Assembly: GCA_040954595.2 (NCBI GenBank)
Contig: CM082591.2
Coordinates: forward strand, 11,797,309 to 11,861,308
Reading direction: 5' to 3'
Length of the DNA stretch: 64,000 nucleotides
Source of the DNA: Balanoglossus misakiensis
Lineage: Eukaryota; Animalia; Hemichordata
The notes beneath the pieces are model-generated. The model did not search any database. It was not told where the DNA came from and saw only the letters and a program-made list of their open reading frames with translations. The translations under genes and the position numbers were made by a program. This document shows positions 1 through 9,090 of this stretch, in pieces (position 1 is the first letter of the stretch; every line of letters begins with the position of its first letter).

Positions 1-523
1 ATGTGTATTCATACTTGTGGGCCAAATGACCTTAATATGTGGTTTGTTGTATGACTTAATTATAACACACACACCCAGTATTTTTAATAGTCCTGCTTGA
101 AAGATCACAGAGTGTCTTTGGCTACTGAAAAGAGATAACTCACAACACCGAAGAGTAAATCTCTAAAGTTGTACCGGTAATTTAAACCAAGTATGGAAAT
201 TGGGATGTACGGTAGCTTTGATGAGGAATAATTCTAGAATTACAACATACCTCATGCTGTTGACTGGTATACCAAAGGACTGCACAAACAAGACCAACTG
301 AGCTGGTTCCAAGTCTTCCAGGGCTGAAAAAAATGACAAATTCAGGATGAAAACAACAAAAGTTTGGTGAGAAAAGATCCCAAGTTGAATTGACACACAG
401 ATTGGCAGATATTTCCACGAAATATCACATGTAAATGGTGCAACAACAGATTAACCGATCAGGCCATGACAAATACTGCACCTCTTCACAAAAACTGCTG
501 GGTTGCAATTTATAGCATAAAAT

Positions 524-658
524 TACTGTAAAACAGGAAATTTTTGTGATATCACAAGAAAGCTGACTATTCCATTGCTCACATTGTTTCTTTGCGACCA
601 TTTATTTTCACGTTTTTTGGCTCTCACGAAATTCGCAAAAATTTCCCCTTTTACAATA
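524..658. mobile_element. TA-flanked MITE with ~28-bp imperfect TIRs (in every unit)
   Basis: TACTGTAAAACAGGAAATTTTTGTGA versus the reverse complement of the right end, TATTGTAAAAGGGGAAATTTTTGCGA. Confidence 0.72.
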
Positions 659-1450
659 GTATGGTTGGATCTATACAATGTATACATTGAATGGGGATGA
701 ACACTGGACAGTGGAGCATTCTATATTAAAATTTGGGAAAACATTGAAGCCATATTAAGGTCATACTTGATTAAGCTGAAAGTCGGCACAGAATAAATTT
801 GAAATTCAATTGGCTACAAAAATTGACTTTTCTGCCATTCTGAGATCTCCATGCTGAGCTCAATTATGTTGCTGCTTCATATAGTGGTCAGCAATAAAAA
901 CTTACTACTGTTACAGTGGTTATACATGTAACTCTTATTAAATGTTTTTTTTCTTGTTTTATCATGAAATCTGACAATATCACGAAATCTGACTGTGGGT
1001 GGCACGACAGAATAAAACTGGTTTTCGTCTCAACTTTTGTACATGTAGTGACACAATGAAAGAATGACAGAGAAACTGCTAACAGACAGATTATTATAAT
1101 TTTTTTACCTTTTCATGTCACTTTTATAAAACACTGCATGGCAACAAATGTGAACCATGAACAATTTGCAAGACAATGAACTAGAAGTTGAACGAGATTT
1201 GAAGACCTGCTCTGGAAGTAATTGATTGACACTCACCCATGAGTAAGATTCCGCATGGGGCTGTGTGGCTTTCTTCAAGTAATTGTAGAATATATGTAAC
1301 ATGGATGTCAGTGTACATAGTGTTGGTCTGGTCGGCACTGATGTCTCTACACAGCATGGAGCTGAGTATGGTGGGCCTTTCTACAATCAACTGAGCTAAA
1401 TCCTAGAATCAGAAAGGTAGCAGTGAAGTAAAATCAAATATGTTTGTCAA

Positions 1451-1472
1451 AACAACAACAACAATAACAACA
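1451..1472 (+). repeat. (CAA)n short microsatellite
   Basis: aacaacaacaacaataacaaca. Confidence 0.75.
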
Positions 1473-2108
1473 CACATAATCATATTCAAATAAAAATCAC
1501 TTGGTTCATGCTTAGAACTTTCTATAAACTTACTCTTTTTTTTTGCACATACTCCAATGAAAATACTGTTTGATATATAGATCACAGACTTTTGCATTTT
1601 CAACTGTTTTTGTTCTAATACTATTTGTGTGTAGCCCTCACCCAGAACCTGTATGTATGATTCACAATCATATGTCTTTATTTGTTTCTACCAGAGGTCT
1701 CCACGACTCATACTGGAAATACACAAATCATCATCTTACCAATGCAAGGTCGGCCATTTCATGAAGCTGATTGGTCGAAGAATATTTGGAGAGGAACATG
1801 ATGTACGCACTGATGGTGAGTGGCTCTGTTTCCATCTGGCAAGCCTTAGGACTAACAGCACATCGCTCACTGTGTTAAACGGCACAAAAGTTACAATTTC
1901 TGTCAAACTCTGCACCTATTCTAGTTTCCCCCCAAAAAGTTCACGAAAATGGCAAGCTAGACTTCAGTGTTATATTGAAATTCTACATTAAATTAAGCAC
2001 TAAGCCTCATATATTGGCAACTCATTCTCCACATGAGGCATTTTCAGATCTTTACACGATTTTCTGTGTACAAAGATCAACCTGAAGAAGTATGATGCAA
2101 TTTCTCAC

Positions 2109-2360
2109 CTAGTTGAGTCTGTCCTTGGTTTGAGTAACCAATCGATACATTTATGCAAAGTCTGCCAATTGCTCTGGTGGCTCAACAGTGCCAGCATATA
2201 AGCACTGCACGAACTTTGAACTTTGCCCTCTGTTCTGGGTTTGTGCGTCTTGACAAAGAGTAACTGGTGTTGCAGTTGAGGGCAACTTTGCACAATCTCG
2301 GGGTCCAGGAGCTCCAGCCAATCAATAAGCAGCCCTGCCGTTGACCAGCCTAATTCGCAT
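2109..2360 (-). pseudogene. INTS1: INTS1 exon j (CELGWSTAGLLIDWLELLDPEIVQSCPQLQHQLLF...AYMLALLSHQSNWQTLHKCIDWLL), 252 nt
   Basis: Acceptor attgtcacag, donor GTGAGA; strong resemblance to recalled human GLLVDWLEMLDPEVVSSCPDLQLRLLF...PYLLTLFTHQSSWPTLHQCIRVLL. Confidence 0.93.
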
Positions 2361-2552
2361 CTGTGACAATGTGTAATTAAAGAGAAATATACAGTCAGTG
2401 GAGTAAAGGGTATAACACAATCATACTGATGGAATTCTCACTACCTGAAATAGGTTTTTGCTACCTAGGTGAGTGATGAATAAAGGTCTAATGTCCTCTC
2501 TGATATAACATACTAGTGTATGGTAAATGTCTTTCAGAGATCTACACATTAA

Positions 2553-2739
2553 AGGGACAAACTCTCTACAGTTAATTCATTTTGGGGAGATTTTTACTCT
2601 CATATCCTACAAACGGGATGGAAGTTGTGTGTGGTCGAACATTGATTCACTATATATCCACATGTAGAATAACATAAATGGTGTCTTGTATCAAACATAA
2701 TGTATGGAAAAAGGGCAGCGAGAGAGAGACTTTGTCCCT
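2553..2739. mobile_element. Kolobok-type MITE, 187 bp (one copy in every unit)
   Basis: TTAA|AGGGACAAACTCTCT ... AGAGACTTTGTCCCT|TTAA. A TTAA TSD with purine-purine termini is the Kolobok signature. Confidence 0.82.
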
Positions 2740-2910
2740 TTAAATATCATAGCTGGCATACAGTTATAAATATGCATTTTTTGATTTATGTCTTGCAAGT
2801 ACAAAACTGTTCTTTATTAAAAAGAAATACAGACAAGGTGATCCCAGGAACATAAAACCCAAAACTCAAAGCTACCAGACAGATGAGTCTTGAGATAAAC
2901 TTGGACTTAC

Positions 2911-3064
2911 TTGTCAATCAATCTGGACTGCTCTTGTAACAACAACTCACTCAATGCTTCACTGGTGCTGGATGATTTTGTTGGCACTTGCATAGCAACA
3001 GATAAGGCTTTATTCAGAAACTCTTCTAGTTGGCTGGAATTGGCGCCTGTCAGCTGGTGATACA
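2911..3064 (-). pseudogene. INTS1: INTS1 exon i (VYHQLTGANSSQLEEFLNKALSVAM...SEALSELLLQEQSRLIDK), 154 nt
   Basis: Acceptor ccatatgcag, donor GTAAGT; resembles recalled human VLQGLIEVRSPHLEELL...VSSLLLQEEE. Confidence 0.82.
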
Positions 3065-3613
3065 CTGCATATGGTGCAAAGTCAAACAAAATTCACCCAA
3101 TCATAAAATGTATCATTAACATGATCATACCATAAAAAATGTGAATGAATTACAATTATAGCGTGCGCATATTGAATCATACGAAATCACACCAAATAAC
3201 GCGAGACTTAGAAATAACATTACATGTGTATGGTGCCACTTAAACGACACCATTTATTCTTTTTGAGCCTAAATCATGTTTAACCACAACTAGACAACCA
3301 CAATGACCTTGTGAGAATGAAACCCACCAATAAATACATGTAGATAATCTGAAGCTATCACAGAAACAGAATGTCTTTGACAAAGTATTGCAAAGCCTTC
3401 AGTTGACCGCGAAAAAGTTGACGAAGCATGCATGTGGAAAGTGGAGTGTTGACAACAATGTGAATATATGCACGATAGCTTGCTGCGCTCGCACTCAGGT
3501 CAAACCTGTTACATATTACCAAAAATGTGGATCTATATAATTAACATTGGGTCCGTTCCTTCTTATCCCACTCGTGTTTCTGTTTGTTTGGTGAGAATAT
3601 CTAATAGGTTAGC

Positions 3614-3698
3614 CCCTTTCACTCCCAGTTCCTTCTTTAGAGGTCCAACCTTACCATAGAAAACGATGGGTTTGAACTGGAACATGGCGGTGAAAGGG
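3614..3698. mobile_element. Degenerate piggyBac-like MITE, ~85 bp
   Basis: CCCTTTCACTCCCAGTTCC ... GGAACATGGCGGTGAAAGGG imperfect TIR with CCC/GGG ends; flanks only approximate TTAA. Confidence 0.5.
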
Positions 3699-3737
3699 TT
3701 CAGGTGCTTGAGGGAGTGTTAAAAATGTAGACTTTAC

Positions 3738-3863
3738 CTTTCTATAACATGTCTCTATCTACAGCCATCCGTCCCTCAGTGACGGCTTCAATGATTTCAC
3801 TCACTTCATCCAAGTTGCCACCACTGGCTTTGATGGGACTTTTCTCACTGCTCAGGGATTTCG
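3738..3863 (-). pseudogene. INTS1: INTS1 exon h (AKSLSSEKSPIKASGGNLDEVSEIIEAVTEGRMAVDRDML*K), 126 nt, nonsense TAG at 3742-3744
   Basis: Acceptor tccttccttccag, donor GTAAAG; phases (1 in, 1 out) fit exons g and i; homology weak. Confidence 0.68.
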
Positions 3864-4434
3864 CTGGAAGGAAGGACGTAAGACTGGAATTAAGGCATAC
3901 GTCCCTACATAAAGGGAGGACATTTGGACATGATACCACAAATGGTTAATGGAGTTTCTGGGAAGGTTTTCAAATTCCAGGAATTTCCAGGAGTGTACGA
4001 ATCCAGTTAAGAATTCTTTATGTCATGTGATCTGGCCATGTGACCTGCAGCATTGTCATTTCCAGGTGACGGCAAACAACATAGTGGCATCCAGTAAAAG
4101 TTTTCCACGTATGTAAGTACTTAAGAACCGCCAGACATGTAACATGTATCAGGTATAGTACCTCATCAGCCTCATGGCATTTTGTCTGCACAGTCTTTGT
4201 CTGCACCACGTTGCTGAAGTTGCCTGTCATCTGGAAAATTGAATGCCAACGTATTTGCGCTTGAGAGCATCTGGCGTCTTTTGATATCAAAGAATAAATG
4301 CATTGTACAAACTTGAAAGTATGTAGAATTTTTCTATTTATCCTGTGTGATATAGTGAAAACGCTCAAGTTACAGTTTGTGTATGGTTTTGAGAATTATT
4401 TCACTGCTTGAGGTAAGTGAAATAAACAGCTCAC

Positions 4435-4567
4435 CTTGTTGTCTGTTGACTTTTTCATACTGGTTGAGAAGTTTTGTAAACACACTGTTTTCAGACTTTG
4501 ATGAACTCAAAATTGCAGACACTAGCTGGACAAATCTCATCATATCTTCCTTCTTTTCAAGATGTTT
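4435..4567 (-). pseudogene. INTS1: INTS1 exon g (KHLEKKEDMMRFVQLVSAILSSSKSENSVFTKLLNQYEKVNRQQ), 133 nt
   Basis: Acceptor cctttatatcatttag, donor GTGAGC, open frame; phases (0 in, 1 out) fit the neighbours; homology weak. Confidence 0.7.
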
Positions 4568-4659
4568 CTAAATGATATAAAGGAGTGAGAGTGAGAATTG
4601 TGCATGATTATGTCAGTTTTGAACTTTCATGTCTGTTTTGGACTGAGAGCTGTTGAATG

Positions 4660-4681
4660 AGAGAGAGAGAGGGAGAGAGAG
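4660..4681 (+). repeat. (GA)n microsatellite, interrupted
   Basis: gagagagagagagggagagaga; present in every full unit. Confidence 0.85.
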
Positions 4682-4984
4682 TTCGCGCTCGAACAATCAG
4701 GGGGTCACGCAGACGTAATCTTTTCATTGGCGTGATACTGATATCACCACGTAACTTGCAATTCCCAAGAGTGCGACTGTACGTACGTAAACTGTATCAA
4801 ATTCAACTCATTCACGTCATATGAGAGGAGGTATACTGTGCGAATGCGAGCGCTGGGGGAACCGGGTACCGCCTACTTGAAATGGACCTCTTCCCTTAGT
4901 GAAGTCAAATAATCATAATTATCTATCATGTAAGAAGTCAAAAATGTAAGAGAATGTTTTAATAAATATGTCAACTTATTATTT

Positions 4985-5011
4985 ATATTCCCCTGTATAT
5001 ATTCCCCTGTA
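4985..5011 (+). repeat. 14-bp tandem duplication
   Basis: ATATTCCCCTGTA occurs twice, 14 bp apart. Confidence 0.7.
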
Positions 5012-5210
5012 AATGTCTCATAATTTGAGGAATAATATTTTGGAAGCTGAACGGAAGTTGCAACTCAAATCAAATTTCAACTTCTCCAATATATGGAATA
5101 ACACTATAAGCCTACTGACTTGAGAAACTCAAATTGAATTTCAAATTCTCGAACAAACGAAAATATGTTTGAATGTAAGTAATCTTACTATAAAATTGAC
5201 ATGCAATTAC

Positions 5211-5390
5211 CTGTCGTTGGTGAAGCAAACTGAACAATGGACATGACAAATGATGTTTTCTGTGTAGATTATAAATAAACTGACTCTCATCACTTGATGT
5301 TAGGATTTCTTGCATTGCCAGAATGATGTGATCACCAGAATTCTCTGATGAATCAAACAATTTCAGCCTGGAGATTTCCCTGGACAGTGT
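5211..5390 (-). pseudogene. INTS1: INTS1 exon f (TLSREISRL...IYNLHRKHHLSCPLFSLLHQRQ), 180 nt
   Basis: Acceptor tttctcacacag, donor GTAATT; resembles recalled human ALGQELARV...MSMHRSHFLACPLLRQLCQYQ. Confidence 0.88.
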
Positions 5391-5518
5391 CTGTGTGAGA
5401 AATGATGGCAAAATATTAATATCATTTATTAGGAAACCTGGCCAGTCACTGAGAAATCTGTCGGCCTTTACAAAGTATAGTTCATAATCTTCTCATAAAA
5501 TGATAAAGTTGCCGCAAA

Positions 5519-5702
5519 GGTATACAGTCACCTATAATTTACATACGCCCATATATGGCTGAAATGGCGTATTTGAGGGTTCTAAAGGACATGTGGCGGC
5601 GCTCTTTTTTGCGCGTGTGCCACCCACTGAAAATCTGTGATTGGCTAGATCTCAAGTTTACCATGGTAACTGTAGTTAAATTACCATAGGTGACAATATA
5701 CC
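5519..5702. mobile_element. Kolobok-type MITE, 184 bp (in every full unit)
   Basis: TIR GGTATACAGTCACCTAT ... ATAGGTGACAATATACC followed by TTAA; the left TSD is decayed (CAAA). Confidence 0.72.
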
Positions 5703-6288
5703 TTAACATATCATATTTCTTCTGGGAAGTGTAATTGTTTTAAGATCAAATATTACATGTACATACCAATTGTATGCCTCTCAGATATTGTCTTTCCGTT
5801 GATGCACTCAATTTGTGCTCACCAATACTGAATAGCTGTAAATATAATCAAAGGAGAAGAAATCACTCACTCATTAGCAATGATACTGCAAAAGTGGAAG
5901 TGACTGATTTTGAGTATGAAGTTGGAAAAGAGTCCCAGTACAGTGTAGAGAGGTTTCCAGATTAGGTAGATTTTGCTGTCCAACCATTTTCACACAACGG
6001 CCATAAAACTTAAAGAAGAACTATTAAATTACCCAGCCTGATAAGTTTTGTGGTGTTTGGAAAGTCGTCCATGTCTGATGACACAAGATCAGCTTTTGAT
6101 TGTAACATGAGACATGATCAGTTGTGTTTTGGTTCAAAAGAACATGACCTGGTTTAAGAAGCCTTGCAACTTCAGGTGACTACAGAAGGAGCTATACTGT
6201 GCCCATTGGCCTTGATTTGACTGAGAAACCATGATTTACTGAAAAGCCACTTGGAAAAGGGTCCACTTTATTTCTAAACCAAACTTAC

Positions 6289-6416
6289 CTTCAGGAAGAT
6301 CATCTTGGCTGACTCTTGACTATCTACAGTGACTTTTCTTGCATCCATCTTGGCTGCAACATCTTTCTTTTCATCCACCTGCATTGCCTCACTTTTCTCC
6401 TCTTTCTTTTCCTCAT
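6289..6416 (-). pseudogene. INTS1: INTS1 exon e (DEEKKEEKSEAMQVDEKKDVAAKMDARKVTVDSQESAKMIFLK), 128 nt
   Basis: Acceptor tttttatttgcag, donor GTAAGT, open frame; position matches the poorly conserved linker ending in human AGMFLQ. Confidence 0.75.
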
Positions 6417-6554
6417 CTGCAAATAAAAATTGTGTTATGTCCAGGAAATATTATTTACTTTATGAGAAGAAACTGGAATATCTAGCTTTGCAAATCAGTT
6501 AGTGAAATAAGAGAACGCAAACAATTAATTGTCATGAAATAGTCACCTCTGTTA

Positions 6555-6600
6555 ATATCGCGAAAAATTTCCCATCACAAAAATTACCAAGATTACACTA
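6555..6600. mobile_element. Probable right-end remnant of a TACAGTA-terminated MITE
   Basis: TCGCGAAAAATTTCCCATCACAAAAATTACCAAGATTACA(C/G)TA resembles the right end of the 524-658 element; no left end found. Confidence 0.35.
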
Positions 6601-6698
6601 ACCTAAAAATATAAAATCCTAATAATGTCCAAAGTTGAAGAATTCTATATGTATGACTTAACTTTTGAGACACTATTTCACAACACAAATACTAGTAC

Positions 6699-6857
6699 CT
6701 TTGTTCTCTTTATCCAGGAATGAATTTTTTTCCACCTTCTGCTCCTCTCATCTGTTGAACTTCCACTAACTGAGCCATGTATCCTTTGTCAACCACAGCC
6801 TGTTCCATACTGTACAGATCTTGTCTGCAGGCCATGTCGAGATGCTGCAGTAGTTTG
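6699..6857 (-). pseudogene. INTS1: INTS1 exon d (KLLQHLDMACRQDLYSMEQAVVDKGYMAQLVEVQQMRGAEGGKKF then frameshift/TAA), 159 nt
   Basis: Acceptor tttcttttcacag, donor GTACTA; resembles recalled human KLLQFLDQAV...MDKNYMAHLVEVQHERGASGG. In-frame TAA near the 3' end and phase mismatch with exon e. Confidence 0.9.
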
Positions 6858-7229
6858 CTGTGAAAAGAAACAGAAGTGTTACATGTGTATGTGTGTTACA
6901 GGGCCAGATCACGGCACATCATGACAAAATCTTTGTGAATATGGTGCTAGCATCATGTTTATAGCAGATCATGTGTATTCATACTTGTGGGCCAAATGAC
7001 CTTAATATGTGGTTTGTTGTATGACTTAATTATAACACACACACCCAGTTTTTTTAATATTCCTGCTTGAAAGATCACAGAGTGTCTTTGGCTACTGAAA
7101 AGCACCACCACAATGAGAGATAACTCACAACACCGAAGAGTAAATCTCTAAAGTTGTAATTTAAACCAAGTATGGAAATTGGGATGTACGGTAGCTTTGA
7201 TGAGGAATAATTCTAGAGTTACAACATAC

Positions 7230-7302
7230 CTCATGCTGTTGACTGGTATACCAAAGGACTGCACAAACAAGACCAACTGAGCTGGTTCCAAGTCTTCCAG
7301 GG
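7230..7302 (-). pseudogene. INTS1: INTS1 exon c (ALEDLEPAQLVLFVQSFGIPVNSM), 73 nt
   Basis: Acceptor tttttttcag, donor GTATGT; very close to recalled human ALQDLEPQQLLLFVQSFGIPVSSMS. Confidence 0.92.
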
Positions 7303-8217
7303 CTGAAAAAAATGACAAATTCAGGATGAAAACAACAAAAGTTTGGTGAGAAAAGATCCCAAGTTGAATTGACACACAGATTGGCAGATATTTCCACGAA
7401 ATATCACATGTAAATGGTGCAACAACAGATTAACCGATCAGGCCATGACAAATACTGCACCTCTTCACAAAAACTGCTGGGTTGCAATTTATAGCATAAA
7501 ATTACTGTAAAACAGGAAATTTTTGTGATATCACAAGAGAGCTGACTATTCCATTGCTCACATTGTTTCTTTGCGACCATTTATTTTCACGTTTTTTGGC
7601 TCTCAAGAAATTCGCAAAAATTTCCCCTTTTACAATAGTATGGTTGGATCTATACAATGTATACATTGAATGGGGATGAACACTGGACAGTGGAGCATTC
7701 TATATTAAAATTTGGGAAAACATTGAAGCCATATTAAGGTCATACTTGATTAAGCTGAAAGACGGCACAGAATAAATTTGAAATTCAATTGGCTACAAAA
7801 ATTGACTTTTCTGCCATTCTGAGATCTCCATGCTGAGCTCAATTATGTTGCTGCTTCATATAGTGGTCAGCAATAAAAACTTACTACTGTTACAGTGGTT
7901 ATACATGTAACTCTTATTAAATGTTTTTTTTTCTTGTTTTATCATGAAATCTGACAATATCACGAAATCTGACTGTGGGTGGCACGACAGAATAAAACTG
8001 GTTTTCGTCTCAACTTTTGTACATGTAGTGACACAATGAAAGAATGACAGAGAAACTGCTAACAGACAGATTATTATATATTTTTTTACCTTTTCATGTC
8101 ACTTTTATAAAACACTGCATGGCAACAAATGTGAACCATGAACAATTTGCAAGACAATGAACTAGAAGTTGAACGAGATTTGAAGACCTGCTCTGGAAGT
8201 AATTGATTGACACTCAC

Positions 8218-8383
8218 CCATGAGTAAGATTCCGCATGGGGCTGTGTGGCTTTCTTCAAGTAATTGTAGAATATATGTAACATGGATGTCAGTGTACATA
8301 GTGTTGGTCTGGTCGGCACTGGTGTCTCTACACAGCATGGAGCTGAGTATGGTGGGCCTTTCTACAATCAACTGAGCTAAATC
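8218..8383 (-). pseudogene. INTS1: INTS1 exon a (DLAQLIVERPTILSSML... frameshift ...LTSMLHIFYNYLKKATQPHAESYSW), 166 nt
   Basis: Acceptor ttctgattctag, donor GTGAGT. The two homologous halves lie in different frames (ORFs 8162..8371 and 8086..8319) and the length is 3n+1. Confidence 0.88.
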
Positions 8384-8721
8384 CTAGAATCAGAAAGGTA
8401 GCAGTGAAGTAAAATCAAATATGTTTGTCAAAACAACAACAACAATAACAACACACATAATCATATTCAAATAAAAATCACTTGGTTCATGCTTAGAACT
8501 TTCTATAAACTTACTCTTTTTTTTTTGCACATACTCCAATGAAAATACTGTTTGATATATAGATCACAGACTTTTGCATTTTCAACTGTTTTTGTTCTAA
8601 TACTATTTGTGTGTAGCCCTCACCCAGAACCTGTATGTATGATTCACAATCATATGTCTTTATTTGTTTCTACCAGAGGTCTCCACGACTCATACTGGAA
8701 ATACACAAATCATCATCTTAC

Positions 8722-8826
8722 CAATGCAAGGTCGGCCATTTCATGAAGCTGATTGGTCGAAGAATATTTGGAGAGGAACATGATGTACGCACTGATGGTG
8801 AGTGGCTCTGTTTCCATCTGGCAAGC
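8722..8826 (-). pseudogene. INTS1: INTS1 exon z (ACQMETEPLTISAYIMFLSKYSSTNQLHEMADLAL), 105 nt, phase 0-0
   Basis: Donor GTAAGA; weak acceptor (ctgttagtcctaag); resembles recalled human AIHMETDPQTISAYLIYLSQH...SDLAL. Confidence 0.88.
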
Positions 8827-9090
8827 CTTAGGACTAACAGCACATCGCTCACTGTGTTAAACGGCACAAAAGTTACAATTTCTGTCAAACTCTGCACCTA
8901 TTCTAGTTTCCCCCCAAAAAATTCACGAAAATGGCAAGCTAGACTTCAGTGTTATATCGAAATTCTACATTAAATTAAGCACTAAGCCTCATATATTGGC
9001 AACTCATTCTCCACATGAGGCATTTTCAGATCTTTACACGATTTTCTGTGTACAAAGATCAACCTGAAGAAGTATGATACAATTTCTCAC

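Larger units (their letters stand above)
251..1844 (-). pseudogene. INTS1: INTS1 internal gene fragment, partial copy (exons z 1740-1844, a 1237-1402, c 251-323; continues off the left edge)
   Basis: Exons translate to ACQMETEPLTISAYIMFLSKYSSTNQLHEMADLAL, DLAQLIVERPTILSSML...ESYSW and ALEDLEPAQLVLFVQSFGIPVNSM. These resemble recalled human INTS1 motifs METDPQTISAYLIYLS, DVARLVVERSTIMS, EEVYSW and ALQDLEPQQLLLFVQSFGIPVSSM. Confidence 0.9.
2109..8826 (-). pseudogene. INTS1: INTS1 internal gene fragment, copy 1 (10 exons, unprocessed, disabled)
   Basis: Ten AG/GT-bounded exons in INTS1 order (listed separately below). Frameshifts in exons a and d, TAG in exon h, missing exons between a and c. 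Confidence 0.92.

Noticed and set aside
26-764. 14-bp perfect inverted repeat ATGACCTTAATATG (26-39) / CATATTAAGGTCAT (751-764) as transposon ends defining the unit
   Set aside because: It does not extend, has no consistent TSD, does not coincide with the monomer junction, and is plausible by chance in AT-rich 7 kb.
1105-1236. Read-through peptide PEQVFKSR...MVHICCHAV as the missing INTS1 exon (DQVFLRW...MHILVVHAM)
   Set aside because: It follows a consensus GTGAGT donor, and the similarity is far weaker than expected for this conserved segment; treated as intron.
2004-2078. Twin hairpins as an intronic H/ACA snoRNA or a Helitron 3' end
   Set aside because: Too short, no H or ACA box in the right place, and no CTRR terminus at the expected distance.
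4682-4712. U1 snRNA-like words (GTTCGCGCT; reverse-strand TGACCCC)
   Set aside because: Short matches on inconsistent strands; no 5' ATACTTACCTG and no Sm site.
6031-6074. Possible 42-nt micro-exon (TWTTFQTPQNLSGW) between exons e and f
   Set aside because: AG/GT-bounded and phase compatible, but no recognisable INTS1 similarity; cannot be supported without the parental transcript.
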